Counted from the first letter of the stretch, positions 1 through 10,817 are shown. The stretch: DNA of 53,760 nucleotides from Clostridia bacterium (GCA_024404445.1 JAKSPY010000002.1:1-53760); one strand, 5' to 3'. The notes: generated by a model from the sequence alone, not told the origin. Numbers and translations: made by a program.

Positions 1-188
1 CGCCTGCTCCAATGTTATGCCCTCCGATCTGACGTTGCCGTTCATATTCATGGACGGCGCAGACGGGCTGTACAGGCTTTGCCTTAGCCAGAAGCTTCTG
101 TCATCGGCAGGTGCCGACGGAATGCGGGATTTCGGTTTTTCCTCCTGCACGGCAGGGGTCCCGGTCGGTTGACCGGGCTCAGTCCCGC

Positions 189-1301
189 TCATTCCTGTTT
201 TTTTTTTTGCTCTTCCTCGATTACCCTCGCCCACGCCTTTGCGATGATCCTCTTTTCAGCATCGGTCAGGATGGCGTACGACGATATGGGCTTCGTGTCT
301 TGTCTTGTGTCGCGCTTGATTTCGGCGGTATTGCCGATATCGTTATTCATCTGCACCGGAATTACCGTCACCGATGCAGGAGCCGTCGGTGCCGCTGTGA
401 TATCCGTCGTCGTCACAGTCTGGATAAGCCTCGGACTCGGTCTGCCCAAATAGGACTTTGCATATTTCAGTATCGCAAACTCCACGCAGGCGTAGGCGAT
501 CACAAAGCCGAACGCGATATCGGAAAGGTACGCGCGTCCCGAACATATCAGCATCATACTGAGCAGTAAGAGCCATGCGGATACGCAGATACGGAATATC
601 GTGCGCGCCTTCGTCGACATTCTGTTGCCGAGCCACATGGGAATGAGCAGAAGGAATACCGAGCCGAATACCTGTATGGACGGGAATCCCATGCCACCCG
701 AGAACGGGTGAACAAAATACCAATCGCAGAATGAGAGCGATGAATCGGATACTATCTGATATACCTCATATCTGCCCCACACCAGCTTCATGATCAGCAC
801 GACCACAAATGCGATAAGCTCGACCGCGACCGTGACCGCGGCAGGGAAAAAGAACGATTTACGCGTCTGCTTGCCGAGGTGATTAACAAAAAGTCTGACG
901 CAAAGCGTGAGAAGCACTGCGAGCAATACACCGATAACGGCAGGCACCCATGTCAGATCGATTACAGTGGCGAATGACAAAAGCCATCCCGCGTATATGC
1001 ATAAAAACGCCACGATATCACCGAAAACGCAACCCAACAGCACGCGCGGATTGCTTTTCTTCTTTGCGAGGTTAACGACTATGACCTGTACGGAAAATGC
1101 GGCGAGTATGAGTGCCGGCCATTCGCCGAGAACGGTGAAAACGATCGGCAATGCCCCCGTAGACACCGTTGCGGATGATCCGCTGACACCGCTGAGTACT
1201 GCGGTCAGATCAAAATCGTACAGTGCGCCGAGGATGATACCGGCGATGAAAAACATCTCGGCCAATATCCATGAAATAAGTCTTTTTTGTGTCCTTGTCA
1301 T
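189..1301 (-). CDS. Polytopic integral membrane protein with hydrophilic C-terminal tail; possibly a degenerate PAP2-like protein
   Basis: 370-aa ORF with GGAGG about 11 nt upstream of the ATG. It has multiple hydrophobic segments. Weak PAP2-like remnants are visible (GFPSIQ in place of PSGH; GRAYLSDIAFG in place of SRxxxxxHxxxD), but the catalytic His residues are not evident. It lies 17 nt downstream of glcK on the same strand. Confidence 0.5.
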   Translation of the reverse strand: MTRTQKRLISWILAEMFFIAGIILGALYDFDLTAVLSGVSGSSATVSTGALPIVFTVLGEWPALILAAFSVQVIVVNLAKKKSNPRVLLGCVFGDIVAFLCIYAGWLLSFATVIDLTWVPAVIGVLLAVLLTLCVRLFVNHLGKQTRKSFFFPAAVTVAVELIAFVVVLIMKLVWGRYEVYQIVSDSSLSFCDWYFVHPFSGGMGFPSIQVFGSVFLLLIPMWLGNRMSTKARTIFRICVSAWLLLLSMMLICSGRAYLSDIAFGFVIAYACVEFAILKYAKSYLGRPSPRLIQTVTTTDITAAPTAPASVTVIPVQMNNDIGNTAEIKRDTRQDTKPISSYAILTDAEKRIIAKAWARVIEEEQKKKQE

Positions 1302-1317
1302 TTGTATCGTCGCCTCC

Positions 1318-2295
1318 TTACGCCAATTTGTCTTTTATTGCGGCCGCCGCACCGATGATCCCCGCATCGTTGCCGAGCTCGGCCACGGAGATTCTGGTTT
1401 TCAGCACATGGTCGCGTGAATATATCTGCTCCGCAACGCGCTTTCTGAGCGGAACGAGCAGGTTGTCGCCCTCATTGCAGACGCCGCCGCCAATCAGGAA
1501 GACCTCCGGCTGGAAAATATTTATCATATTGGCTATGCCGCACGCCAGATAGCCGATGTATGTATTCACGACCTCGGCACCCGTTTCATCGCCCTGCTTC
1601 ATAGCGGCAAACGCGGTCTTTCCGCCGACAAGCCCGATATCCCCGTTAGTCATTTTGTGCATCAGCGTATCTTTCGTTACGGCGTATTTCTCTTTCGTTA
1701 GGGCGACAAGCGCCGTTGCCGACGAGTAAGCCTCAAAGCATCCGCGTCTTCCGCAGGTGCACTGTCTGCCTCCGAACTCGATCACTGTGTGGCCGAGCTC
1801 CGCGCCGCCGAAAGCACAGCCGGTAAGTATCTTGCCGTTTTGCACGACGCCGCCGCCTACACCCGTACCGAGCGTGATCATAACGGCGGATTCACTGCCC
1901 TTGGCGCCTCCGTTGACGTATTCGCCGAGTGCCGCAAAATTCGCATCGTTGCCGATGATGATTCTGTCGGCAGGCACGCCGCAGCATGATGAAAACATTT
2001 CTGCCATCGGGGTATTGTCCATTTTGATATTATTGGAATATTCAACGACGCCGGTCGCAGGATTGACCGTGCCGGGCGCGGCAATACCTATACCGCTGAT
2101 GTCATTGTTTATATCCAACCCCATTTCGCCGCACATTTTAACGCACAGCGACGCCATATCGGCGATGACCGCCTCCGCGCCCCGTTTTGCCAACGTGGGC
2201 ACAGAGCTTTTTTTGACTATGTGATAATCGGCGTCAACTATACCAACGGCGATATTCGTACCGCCGAGATCGACGCCTATGTAGTACTCCGCCAT
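1318..2295 (-). CDS. glcK: ROK-family glucokinase
   Basis: N-terminus YIGVDLGGTNIAVGIVD (ATP-binding DxGGT) and the ROK Cys cluster CTCGRRGCFE. The track ORF begins at a TTG at 2310. The ATG at 2295 sits about 6 nt after GGAGG (2302-2306), so the shorter start is preferred. Confidence 0.85.
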   Translation of the reverse strand: MAEYYIGVDLGGTNIAVGIVDADYHIVKKSSVPTLAKRGAEAVIADMASLCVKMCGEMGLDINNDISGIGIAAPGTVNPATGVVEYSNNIKMDNTPMAEMFSSCCGVPADRIIIGNDANFAALGEYVNGGAKGSESAVMITLGTGVGGGVVQNGKILTGCAFGGAELGHTVIEFGGRQCTCGRRGCFEAYSSATALVALTKEKYAVTKDTLMHKMTNGDIGLVGGKTAFAAMKQGDETGAEVVNTYIGYLACGIANMINIFQPEVFLIGGGVCNEGDNLLVPLRKRVAEQIYSRDHVLKTRISVAELGNDAGIIGAAAAIKDKLA

Positions 2296-2333
2296 CATAA
2301 GCCTCCGCAAACTGATATACTATACTATTGTAT

Positions 2334-2361
2334 ATTATAGTTCTATTTTTCTTCCTGTCAA
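2334..2361 (-). promoter_or_regulatory. Sigma-A-type promoter upstream of glcK
   Basis: The minus strand reads TTGACA-16 nt-TATAAT (TTGACAggaagaaaaatagaacTATAAT), about 40 nt upstream of the glcK start. Confidence 0.5.
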
Positions 2362-2427
2362 TACGTACGGCGAAAAAATCGGCGAATCATGCGATAATCC
2401 GCCGCGATACACGGGTGATTTGCGCCG

Positions 2428-2811
2428 TCAGAATATACTGTCGAATGAAAATGACGCCAGATTTATGAGGCGCGACACTGCATCGGATGCACGGTTCAGC
2501 GCGCCGAGGCACTCGTCGGCGTCCCCCGTGAACGTACAGGTATGCGCGTCATTGATCGCGTCGTCGGCGCGGTCAATATCAGCATACCCCGTCGTAAACG
2601 ACAGCAATCCCACGGTATCGTCCCACATATCGTAAATATCGTCAAGCTTTTCACGTATGCCGGTGACTCCGGCACCCGCACGTATCTCATCTGCGGCTGA
2701 TCTGACGTACTGATAAATACAATCCAGCTTTTCCGTCAGAACGGACGAATTCACCAAAACGAAAGTGATTATCGCGGCCGCTATGATCAATGCACATATA
2801 AATGTTTTCAT
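2428..2811 (-). CDS. DUF4363-like small membrane-anchored protein
   Basis: 127 aa with an N-terminal TM (MKTFICALIIAAAIITFVLV) followed by a soluble helical part. It overlaps the upstream DUF421/YetF-like gene by 4 nt, which is the usual pairing for this family. Confidence 0.6.
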   Translation of the reverse strand: MKTFICALIIAAAIITFVLVNSSVLTEKLDCIYQYVRSAADEIRAGAGVTGIREKLDDIYDMWDDTVGLLSFTTGYADIDRADDAINDAHTCTFTGDADECLGALNRASDAVSRLINLASFSFDSIF

Positions 2812-3482
2812 ACTCTTCCCTTTCTGATCACGGTTATTTTATCTTTGTCATCGACAGTCATCAAAAACACGTCCGATGCCTTCAATCTGCGACGATTAAG
2901 CTGATCTGACAACCATTTTTCACTTTTACCGGATGATTGGAGACCATACACGGCAGTTTGCCCGTCGATGATCAGCTCATGCGCTATACCCGATGACTGC
3001 CCCGCGACATTCATGTCGGCGCACGTCGGCTGTTCCTTATCGGCCTTTTTGAAGACCGACAGCTTTCCGTTCGGCTCAAGTATCGCATACTCCACATCGG
3101 AAATGTCGGAAATTGCCAATATTCTCAGCTCAGACAACAGCTCATCCAGCGAAAGGCGGGAGCGAAGCAATGCTTCCTTATCTATGTTGCCGCCCGTGAT
3201 CACGAACAGAGGCTGTCCGCCAAAAAGCCTTTTCAGCCCCGGTATCTTCGTCATCAGAAACGACGACGATATTTCGAGTGAAATGAGCGTCATTATAGGT
3301 ACGACCGCGTACATCAGCGGGACGTCGGCATTCGTCAGCGGCAACGACGCGACCTCTGATATCAGAAGAGTGACGCACAGCTCCGGCAGATCCAGCTCAC
3401 CGATCTGCTTTTTTCCCGACAGTCTGAACACAACCACAAGCAGTAAATACAGCATTACAGTTCGCAAAAAAATAGCAGCCAT
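2808..3482 (-). CDS. DUF421/YetF-family membrane protein
   Basis: Contains LSGKKQIGELDLPELCVTLLISEVAS and a C-terminal soluble domain typical of YetF/YdfS-like proteins. The internal start MAAIFLRTV at 3482 is preferred because GGAGGA lies 5 nt upstream. Confidence 0.75.
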   Translation of the reverse strand: MAAIFLRTVMLYLLLVVVFRLSGKKQIGELDLPELCVTLLISEVASLPLTNADVPLMYAVVPIMTLISLEISSSFLMTKIPGLKRLFGGQPLFVITGGNIDKEALLRSRLSLDELLSELRILAISDISDVEYAILEPNGKLSVFKKADKEQPTCADMNVAGQSSGIAHELIIDGQTAVYGLQSSGKSEKWLSDQLNRRRLKASDVFLMTVDDKDKITVIRKGRV

Positions 3483-3536
3483 AACCGTCCTCCATTCATC
3501 AAAACCAAGTATTACCGCCTGACGCAAAAATATTAG

Positions 3537-3565
3537 TTGCAATATTTGGAAATGTATAGTATAAT
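3537..3565 (+). promoter_or_regulatory. Sigma-A-type promoter upstream of hprK
   Basis: TTGCAA (3537-3542), 17 nt spacer, TATAAT (3560-3565). It lies about 55 nt upstream of the hprK ATG. Confidence 0.55.
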
Positions 3566-3618
3566 ATAATTTAAGTACGAATGACCGCCCGGCGAAACGG
3601 CAATAATGCGGAGGAAGT

Positions 3619-4578
3619 ATGGAAAATTTTAACGACGAATCTTACGAAGAATACAGTGTTGAATTGGGTGAGATAGTAAACGAATTCAAGCTTGAGCCTC
3701 TCGTTGAGCCCGACGGGTGCATCCATTCACGTATTGTCTGTGCCGACGTGAACAGACCGGGACTGCCGCTCAGCGGTTTCTTTGACTGCTTTGACAGCCG
3801 ACGCATCCAGCTTTTCGGCAGAGCCGAACATCAGTATATGTCACAGCAAACCGGTGCGGTAAGGTTATATAAGATACAGCAGCTGGCCGCTCAAGCTCCG
3901 CCCGCGATCATCATCACGTCGGGTCTGTCGGCATTTTCCGAGGTGATACAGGCGTGTGAGGAATACCATATTCCCCTGTATCGCACCGACGTCACGACGT
4001 CAAGATTCCAATCCGCGCTGATAGCGTCGCTTGCCGTCAGTCTGGCACCGCGCATCACGCGCCACGGCGTGCTGGTCGAGGTCTACGGCGAGGGCGTGCT
4101 CATCCTCGGTGACAGCGGAGTGGGTAAAAGCGAAACGGCAATCGAGCTGGTAAAACGCGGACACCGCCTTATCGCCGACGACGCCGTGGAAATCAAGAGA
4201 GTATCGGAAAAAACGCTTGTCGGTTCAGCACCGCCGATAATCAAGCATTTCGTCGAGCTTCGCGGTATCGGCATCGTCGATATCCGTCGCATATTCGGTA
4301 TGGGTGCCGTAAAGGACACGGAAAAGATCGACCTCGTCGTCAAGCTTGAGCCGTGGGACAAAAACAAATCGTATAACAGAATGGGTATCGACAATGAAAC
4401 GACGCGTATCCTCGGTATGGATATCATCACCAACACCATTCCCGTTCATCCCGGCAGAAACCTCGCCATCATCATCGAGATAGCCGCGATGAACAACCGT
4501 CAGAAAAAAATGGGCTATAACACAGCCGAGGAATTCAACAAAAGAATACAGGAGAGCCTCAAAAAGGAGAATAACTGA
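3619..4578 (+). CDS. hprK: HPr kinase/phosphorylase
   Basis: Walker-A and signature region LILGDSGVGKSETAIELVKRGHRLIADDAVEI. Length is 319 aa. GGAGGA RBS. Confidence 0.93.
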   Translation: MENFNDESYEEYSVELGEIVNEFKLEPLVEPDGCIHSRIVCADVNRPGLPLSGFFDCFDSRRIQLFGRAEHQYMSQQTGAVRLYKIQQLAAQAPPAIIITSGLSAFSEVIQACEEYHIPLYRTDVTTSRFQSALIASLAVSLAPRITRHGVLVEVYGEGVLILGDSGVGKSETAIELVKRGHRLIADDAVEIKRVSEKTLVGSAPPIIKHFVELRGIGIVDIRRIFGMGAVKDTEKIDLVVKLEPWDKNKSYNRMGIDNETTRILGMDIITNTIPVHPGRNLAIIIEIAAMNNRQKKMGYNTAEEFNKRIQESLKKENN

Positions 4579-4584
4579 AACTGA

Positions 4585-5694
4585 ATGAAAACCAACTGTA
4601 AAATTACGCTTTTGGGCATTACGTCCGTTGTGCTGACGGTGCTGTCGTGCGCGATAACGGCGGCACTCGGTCAGGCCGGCATCGAATCACCGTCGCTGAT
4701 CGCGGCGATACTGATGACGGCCGCGGCGGGTGTCGGCGCACTGTACTTTATGGCATCGCCCGGCATCGTGCGTCCCGTGCCCGTAACGGTCGCGGCAGTC
4801 GCGGTAATGCTCCTGCTGACAAATCAGCGCGGAGGATTCATATACGTCATGGCGGTGATCGGCACAATAGTGTCATCGGTCGTCGTCGCACGCTGTGCGC
4901 GTCAGAAAAACGGCCGTGTGCAGACGATACTCGTCTGTGATGTCGTGATCGGCGCGGCAATTGCGCTCGGTATCGTCGTGACGGTCATCATGCAGACCGG
5001 CAGCTTTTCGATATCCTTCATCGCCGATGCCTTCAATTCGTACTTTGACGGACTTTCCGCGGAATTGGCGGAAATGATGTCGACGATGAATATATACGAT
5101 ATCATGTCAAGGTTTGCCGACGTGTCCGGCTATACGCCGGAGGCATTTTATGCCGAATACGCGGAGTCGGTAATAACGTCTGTCAAGGTTGTTTCGCCGG
5201 CTATCGTCATAACGGCGGTAAATGTGTATTCGTACCTTATCACCGCGTTCTTCTGTCTCGGCTGTAAGATATGCAAATGGCAGGCCGCAATACCGGACGG
5301 ACGTTGGATCACACTGCCGAACATTGCGTCGGCACACGTATTCTGCATCAGCACCTCGGTATTTTGGATCATGCAGTTCATCACCACGATATTCGATACG
5401 TCTGTATTCGTGCTGACTGTCGCGCTCGTCGCCGAAAATCTGATGATCATCCTCATTCCGGTATTTTGCCTGCGCGGGCTGGATTGGATACGCACGGCGT
5501 ACCGCACTCCGGCAGGACACCGTCAGGCCGTATCCATCATCGTGCTGACGGTAATAAGTATAATATTCGCTTTTTCGTTCGCTTTTATCATTCTGGCGAC
5601 GGTGGGTGCGATGAATCAGATCATCGCCGACAGAATACGTAAATTCCGCAAACAAAACAGCGATAATTTCCATAACGGTCAAAATGACCGATAA
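4585..5694 (+). CDS. YybS-like (DUF2232) polytopic membrane protein
   Basis: 369-aa multi-TM protein directly upstream of gdpP, matching the conserved yybS-gdpP arrangement of Firmicutes. Confidence 0.7.
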   Translation: MKTNCKITLLGITSVVLTVLSCAITAALGQAGIESPSLIAAILMTAAAGVGALYFMASPGIVRPVPVTVAAVAVMLLLTNQRGGFIYVMAVIGTIVSSVVVARCARQKNGRVQTILVCDVVIGAAIALGIVVTVIMQTGSFSISFIADAFNSYFDGLSAELAEMMSTMNIYDIMSRFADVSGYTPEAFYAEYAESVITSVKVVSPAIVITAVNVYSYLITAFFCLGCKICKWQAAIPDGRWITLPNIASAHVFCISTSVFWIMQFITTIFDTSVFVLTVALVAENLMIILIPVFCLRGLDWIRTAYRTPAGHRQAVSIIVLTVISIIFAFSFAFIILATVGAMNQIIADRIRKFRKQNSDNFHNGQNDR

Positions 5695-5706
5695 AGGGGA
5701 CGCAAT

Positions 5707-7773
5707 ATGAAGAAAAATGACAAAATGGTTGTACCGATAAAATTGCCACGCAGTCTGGTGATATCGCTGTCCGTCGGTGTCGCCATGCTGATCGCGGCAC
5801 TTACATTGGCACTGATGACAGAAATCAACACGAAACTCATCATGGTAATCTACGGCGCGGCGTACCTGTTGTTGCAGATCATCATGCTGGTCGTTGCGAT
5901 CATCAGTGCGCACGCGCAGGGCAAAAAAATGCTGGTCAACGAGTCCGTATTTTCGACGGTAATGCTCGATTTTATCCAGCGCCTCTATCTGCCCGTCGTG
6001 ATATGCGACGATAAAGGCAGAATAGTATGGTATAACACCGCCCTGTCACAGAAGTGCCATTCGCACAGCGTGATGTACGGCAAATATATCGACAACATCT
6101 GCGACGCGACGATGGAGCGTATAGTCAAATGCGATGCCACATCCGGAGTTCAGGTGAAATTCATCACCTCATCCGATTCCGACGGCAGCCTTGACGAGTC
6201 ATATAACGCCAAGGGCTATGAGCTCGAATCAAAGGGCAAAAAGTATTTTGTCGCGGTATTCAACGAAACGACGGAATTGGAAAATGCGTATAAAAAGATT
6301 TCCGACGACGATACGATCGTATCGTACGCGATGATAGACAACCTGGACGAGCTGGTACAGTACGTTCAGGATCTGTACGGCAACGCCGCAGAAGACGTGG
6401 CACAGATACTGCGTGACAACGTAGAGGCGGGCGGCGGCTTCATCCGCGGTCTGGGCCGTAACAAATTCATGATGATCACTAACAATAAGCGCCTGGCGGA
6501 GGACGAGGCGGAAAGATTCTCCGTGCTTGACCGCATACGTGATATACACGTCGGCGATACGACTATCCCGATCACCGTTTCCATGGGCGTCGCAAAGATA
6601 AGCGGCACGCTGTATGAAAAAGAACGGGCGGCACAGGCGGCACTGGATATGGCACTTCAACGCGGCGGCGACCAGGTCGTCGTCAAAAGCGCCGAGGACA
6701 TCGAATACTACGGCGGAAAGACGAAGGCCGTTCAGAAGCGCACAAAGGTTCGTTCACGCGTCATAGCAAACGAATTCGTCATGCTGATGCAAAAGAGCGA
6801 CAACATAATAGTCATGGGACATCGGTTTGCCGACTTTGACGCGCTGGCGTCGTGTCTCGGTGTCGCCCGCATTGCGAAGCTGTACAATAAGCAGATCAAC
6901 ATAGTCTGCGACAGAAGCGATAAAAATCTGAAAAATTGCTTTGATAATCTGATCAGCACGGGCAATTACGACGATATCTTCGTCGATAAGCTGGAGGCAC
7001 AGGACCTTATCAGAAGCGGTACCCTCGCCGTCGTAGTCGACGTCAATAATATCAGCTTTTCCGAGGCGCCCGACGTCGTCACGACAGTCAAGAACGTAGT
7101 TATCATCGACCACCACAGAAAGGTCGCAGAGTTCACGATTAAGCCAAATATCGTGTATATAGAGCCGTCGGCATCGTCAACGTCGGAGCTTATCGCGGAA
7201 TTTTTGGAACAGCTGTTGCCGCAGGGCGCACTGCCTAAGGTCGAGGCCGACTTGCTGTATGCGGGCATAATGCTGGATACGAAGAAATTCGTCCATAACG
7301 TCGGTATCAGGACATTCTCGTCGGCACTGTATCTGCGCGGTGAAAACGCCAACCCGATAGATGCCGAGGCATATTTCAAGATGAACATCAAAGATTTCAT
7401 CTCCGAGGCGAAATTTGAGAGCAACGTCGTTACGTATAAATCGGTAATAGCCATTTCGTTGAACGAAACGGATACAAACGTATCCCTGGCGCGTGTCAAC
7501 GCCTCAAAGGCGGCGGACAGAATGCTCAGCGTCAACGGCGTGTTGGCCGCATTTGCCCTGTGTAAGGTCGACGATACCGTCCATATTTCGGCACGCTCGC
7601 AAGGTAAGATCAATGTTCAGCTCATACTTGAAAAGATGGGCGGCGGCGGTCACTTTGACGCGGCAGGCGCACAGGTGCGCGACGTGACGACGCAACAGGC
7701 GCTTATCAGTCTGCGCAACGCCATAGACGAATACTTTGACGAAAACGATATTAACAGGATAACACAGCAATAA
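5707..7773 (+). CDS. gdpP: GdpP-type cyclic-di-AMP phosphodiesterase (TM, PAS-like, degenerate GGDEF, DHH/DHHA1)
   Basis: Two N-terminal TMs and a central GGDEF-like region. DHH motifs are MGHRFADFDALAS and VIIDHHRK; the DHHA1 motif is GGGGHFDAAGAQ. Length is 688 aa. Confidence 0.88.
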   Translation: MKKNDKMVVPIKLPRSLVISLSVGVAMLIAALTLALMTEINTKLIMVIYGAAYLLLQIIMLVVAIISAHAQGKKMLVNESVFSTVMLDFIQRLYLPVVICDDKGRIVWYNTALSQKCHSHSVMYGKYIDNICDATMERIVKCDATSGVQVKFITSSDSDGSLDESYNAKGYELESKGKKYFVAVFNETTELENAYKKISDDDTIVSYAMIDNLDELVQYVQDLYGNAAEDVAQILRDNVEAGGGFIRGLGRNKFMMITNNKRLAEDEAERFSVLDRIRDIHVGDTTIPITVSMGVAKISGTLYEKERAAQAALDMALQRGGDQVVVKSAEDIEYYGGKTKAVQKRTKVRSRVIANEFVMLMQKSDNIIVMGHRFADFDALASCLGVARIAKLYNKQINIVCDRSDKNLKNCFDNLISTGNYDDIFVDKLEAQDLIRSGTLAVVVDVNNISFSEAPDVVTTVKNVVIIDHHRKVAEFTIKPNIVYIEPSASSTSELIAEFLEQLLPQGALPKVEADLLYAGIMLDTKKFVHNVGIRTFSSALYLRGENANPIDAEAYFKMNIKDFISEAKFESNVVTYKSVIAISLNETDTNVSLARVNASKAADRMLSVNGVLAAFALCKVDDTVHISARSQGKINVQLILEKMGGGGHFDAAGAQVRDVTTQQALISLRNAIDEYFDENDINRITQQ

Positions 7774-7803
7774 AATCCCACGCGGTTAGGCTAAGGTGCA
7801 AGT

Positions 7804-9615
7804 ATGTCAAGACAGGACAAAATCAGAAATTTTTCGATCATCGCACATATCGACCACGGCAAATCGACGCTCGCAGACAGATTGCTTGAGGCGACGAAAT
7901 GCGTGTCGGCACGCGAAATGGAGGAACAGCTCCTCGACAATATGGACATCGAGCGCGAGCGCGGAATAACGATCAAAGCGCGCGCCGTTTCGCTTCGTTA
8001 TGAGGCTGACAACGGCGAAACATATGATTTCAACCTCATCGACACACCCGGACACGTGGACTTCAATTACGAGGTGTCGCGTTCTCTGCGCGCGTGTGAG
8101 GGCGCATTGCTCGTCGTCGACGCGACGCAGGGCGTGGAGGCGCAGACGTTGGCCAACACATATCTCGCTATGGAAAACGATCTGGAGATCATACCGGTAG
8201 TGAACAAGATAGATTTGGCCAGCGCCGACATCGCCGGCACGAGGCAGGAGATCGAGGACATCATCGGAATACCGGCAGAAGACTGCCCTGCCGTATCGGC
8301 AAAAACGGGGCTGAACATACACGACGTCCTTGAACATATCGTCACGGATATCCCCGCACCCGCAGGCGACGAAAACGCTCCTCTCAAGGCACTGATATTC
8401 GACTCCTATTACGATTCATACCGCGGCGTAGTCGTGTATATCAGAATAGTCGACGGCATCGTGCACGCGGGCATGAAGGTCAGAATGATGAATACCGGCG
8501 CGGAGTTTGAGGTCGTAGAGGTAGGCAGGATGTCGCCGTTCGGGCTTGTCGCCGCGAATGAGCTTTCCGCGGGCGACGTCGGATATCTGACGGCAAGCAT
8601 CAAGACAGTCGAGGATACGCGCGTCGGCGATACGGTGACGTGCAGTGAAAACCCGACAGATGAACCGTTTCCGGGCTTCAAAAAGGCTCAACCGATGGTA
8701 TTCGCCGGCATTTATCCCGCCGACGGTGCGAAATACCCCGCTCTGCGCGACGCCTTGGAAAAGTTGCGTCTGAATGACGCGGCACTGACGTTTGAGCCGG
8801 AGACGAGTATCGCGCTCGGTTTTGGCTTCAGATGCGGCTTCCTCGGACTTTTGCATATGGAAATAATCGCCGAGCGGTTGGAACGCGAATTCCTGCTCGA
8901 CCTCGTCACGACGGCGCCGAGCGTTATATATCGCATAACATACAAGGACGGCACAGTCAAATTCATCGACAACCCCGCGATGTTCCCCTCACCCGATGAG
9001 ATCGAAGAGGCGGCAGAGCCGATCGTCAAGGCGAGCATCATCACGCCGACTGATTACGTCGGCGGCATAATGGAGCTGTGCAAGGATCGTCGCGGCATCT
9101 TCGTCGATATGAAATACATCGACAAAACGCGCGCGGAGCTACACTATAAGCTACCGCTGAACGAAATAATCTACGACTTTTTTGATGCGCTGAAAAGCAG
9201 GACAAAGGGCTATGCCTCTTTGGACTATGAGTTGAGCGGATATGAGCCGAGCAAGCTCGTTAAGCTGGATATCCTGCTGAACATGGAGGTCGTGGACGCA
9301 CTGTCTTTCATCGTTCACGCGGACAAGGCATATACGCGCGGCAGAAAGATCGCCGAGGCATTAAAGGACAATATACCGCGTCAGCTGTTTGAGGTGCCTA
9401 TACAGGCCTCCATCGGCGGACGTGTCATAGCGCGCGAAACCGTCCGCGCAATGCGCAAGGACGTTTTGGCAAAGTGTTATGGCGGCGATATAACGAGAAA
9501 AAAGAAGCTGTTGGAAAAGCAGAAGGAAGGCAAAAAAAGAATGCGTAAGCTCGGTTCGGTCGAGGTGCCGCCGGAAACATTCATGGCGGTGCTCAAGCTG
9601 GACAGTGAGAAATAA
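7804..9615 (+). CDS. lepA: Elongation factor 4
   Basis: [27 protein letters not shown] and NKIDL GTPase motifs. The C-terminus is LepA-specific. Length is 603 aa. Confidence 0.97.
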   Translation: MSRQDKIRNFSIIAHIDHGKSTLADRLLEATKCVSAREMEEQLLDNMDIERERGITIKARAVSLRYEADNGETYDFNLIDTPGHVDFNYEVSRSLRACEGALLVVDATQGVEAQTLANTYLAMENDLEIIPVVNKIDLASADIAGTRQEIEDIIGIPAEDCPAVSAKTGLNIHDVLEHIVTDIPAPAGDENAPLKALIFDSYYDSYRGVVVYIRIVDGIVHAGMKVRMMNTGAEFEVVEVGRMSPFGLVAANELSAGDVGYLTASIKTVEDTRVGDTVTCSENPTDEPFPGFKKAQPMVFAGIYPADGAKYPALRDALEKLRLNDAALTFEPETSIALGFGFRCGFLGLLHMEIIAERLEREFLLDLVTTAPSVIYRITYKDGTVKFIDNPAMFPSPDEIEEAAEPIVKASIITPTDYVGGIMELCKDRRGIFVDMKYIDKTRAELHYKLPLNEIIYDFFDALKSRTKGYASLDYELSGYEPSKLVKLDILLNMEVVDALSFIVHADKAYTRGRKIAEALKDNIPRQLFEVPIQASIGGRVIARETVRAMRKDVLAKCYGGDITRKKKLLEKQKEGKKRMRKLGSVEVPPETFMAVLKLDSEK

Positions 9616-9630
9616 CGCAAGAGAGTGATT

Positions 9631-10782
9631 ATGCAGAAATCTATCGGAATTTACATTCACATACCGTTCTGTGCGCAAAAGTGCAACTATTGCGATTTTT
9701 ATTCGATGCCGTGCGCCGACAGCGATTTCATGCGCACATACGCGGATGCGCTGATCGGTCAGATCAAAAGCAAAAAGCGACTGTTGCGTAACAGGCACGT
9801 CAGTACGATATATATCGGCGGCGGAACGCCGTCCCTGATGCCGCCTGAGTACATAGTCAATATACTGAACGCGGTGAAAAGCACGGCGGTCATCGATCAG
9901 AACGCGGAGATCACCATTGAGGCCAACCCCGGCACGCTTGACGGCGCGAAGCTGACGGCATATCGCAACGCCGGTGTAAACAGGCTCAGTCTGGGACTGC
10001 AAAGCGCCGACGACGATGAGCTGAAAATGCTCGGCAGAATACACACGAAAGACGATTTTGCAAATTCATTTGCCATGGCACGCATGGAGGGATTTACCAA
10101 TATCAGCGTCGATGTCATGTACGCGCTGCCGCATCAGACGGAGGAAACACTGTATAAAACGCTGGAATTCGTTGCCGCACTTGAGCCGGAGCATATCTCA
10201 TTTTACGGTCTGAAAATCGAGCAGAATACACCGTTCGGCGACGATGAAGAAATAAAAAAAGCGCTCCCCGATGAGGATACGCAGTATAATATGTATATGA
10301 AATCGTGCAAGCTGCTTGAGTCGCACGGATACGAGCAGTATGAGATCAGCAATTTTTCAAAAAAAGGATACGAGAGCCGACACAACAAGCGGTATTGGTT
10401 GAGTAAGGAGTATATCGGATTCGGTCCCGCGGCACATTCGTTTTTCGATATGCGTATGTACGGATACAAAAAGGACGTGAACGCGTTCATCACGGGCTAC
10501 GCCGATGAGAACGCATTGATCGACGAGGATTATACGCTGACAAACCGCAGCTTTGCCGTGCAGTACGTCATGCTGGCATTCCGTCTGCGCGACGGAGTGA
10601 ACACCGCGAAATACCGTGAGCTTTTCGGGCGGGAATTCGACGACGAATACCTGCCGAGGATGAAGGTATTCATAGAAAAGCAATTCATAGCAAAAACAGA
10701 TACCGGATACTGTCTGACGCGGCGCGGTATGATGATCTCCAATTACATACTGAGCGAGATACTCGATTTTACAGAGGGATGA
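9631..10782 (+). CDS. hemW: HemW-type radical SAM heme chaperone (oxygen-independent coproporphyrinogen oxidase-like)
   Basis: YIHIPFCAQKCNYCDF (CxxxCxxC) plus a HemN_C-like tail, with the conserved lepA-hemW linkage. The ATG at 9631 is preferred over the GTG at 9625. Confidence 0.88.
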   Translation: MQKSIGIYIHIPFCAQKCNYCDFYSMPCADSDFMRTYADALIGQIKSKKRLLRNRHVSTIYIGGGTPSLMPPEYIVNILNAVKSTAVIDQNAEITIEANPGTLDGAKLTAYRNAGVNRLSLGLQSADDDELKMLGRIHTKDDFANSFAMARMEGFTNISVDVMYALPHQTEETLYKTLEFVAALEPEHISFYGLKIEQNTPFGDDEEIKKALPDEDTQYNMYMKSCKLLESHGYEQYEISNFSKKGYESRHNKRYWLSKEYIGFGPAAHSFFDMRMYGYKKDVNAFITGYADENALIDEDYTLTNRSFAVQYVMLAFRLRDGVNTAKYRELFGREFDDEYLPRMKVFIEKQFIAKTDTGYCLTRRGMMISNYILSEILDFTEG

Positions 10783-10785
10783 GAT

Positions 10786-10813
10786 AAGGCGACCCGCCGT
10801 GGCGGGTCGCCTT
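10786..10813. terminator. GC-rich hairpin between convergent hemW and upp
   Basis: aaggcgacccgcc / ggcgggtcgcctt forms a near-perfect 13-nt inverted repeat. The flanking T-tracts are weak. Confidence 0.5.
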
Positions 10814-10817
10814 AATA

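Noticed and set aside
1-51. Partial minus-strand ORF starting at the ATG at 51 (MNMNGNVRSEGITLEQA...) and running off the left edge
   Set aside because: Only 17 codons are visible, there is no RBS, and I recognise no motif. This is not enough evidence to call a gene.
5107-5913. 268-aa minus-strand ORF, rich in R/D/H/Y, spanning the yybS-like/gdpP junction
   Set aside because: It lies entirely antisense to two well-supported plus-strand genes. It has a low-complexity, biased composition typical of shadow ORFs in G+C-rich coding DNA, and it has no RBS.
9361-10044. 227-aa minus-strand ORF across the lepA/hemW junction
   Set aside because: It is antisense to two highly conserved genes. It has no RBS and a biased Arg-rich composition.
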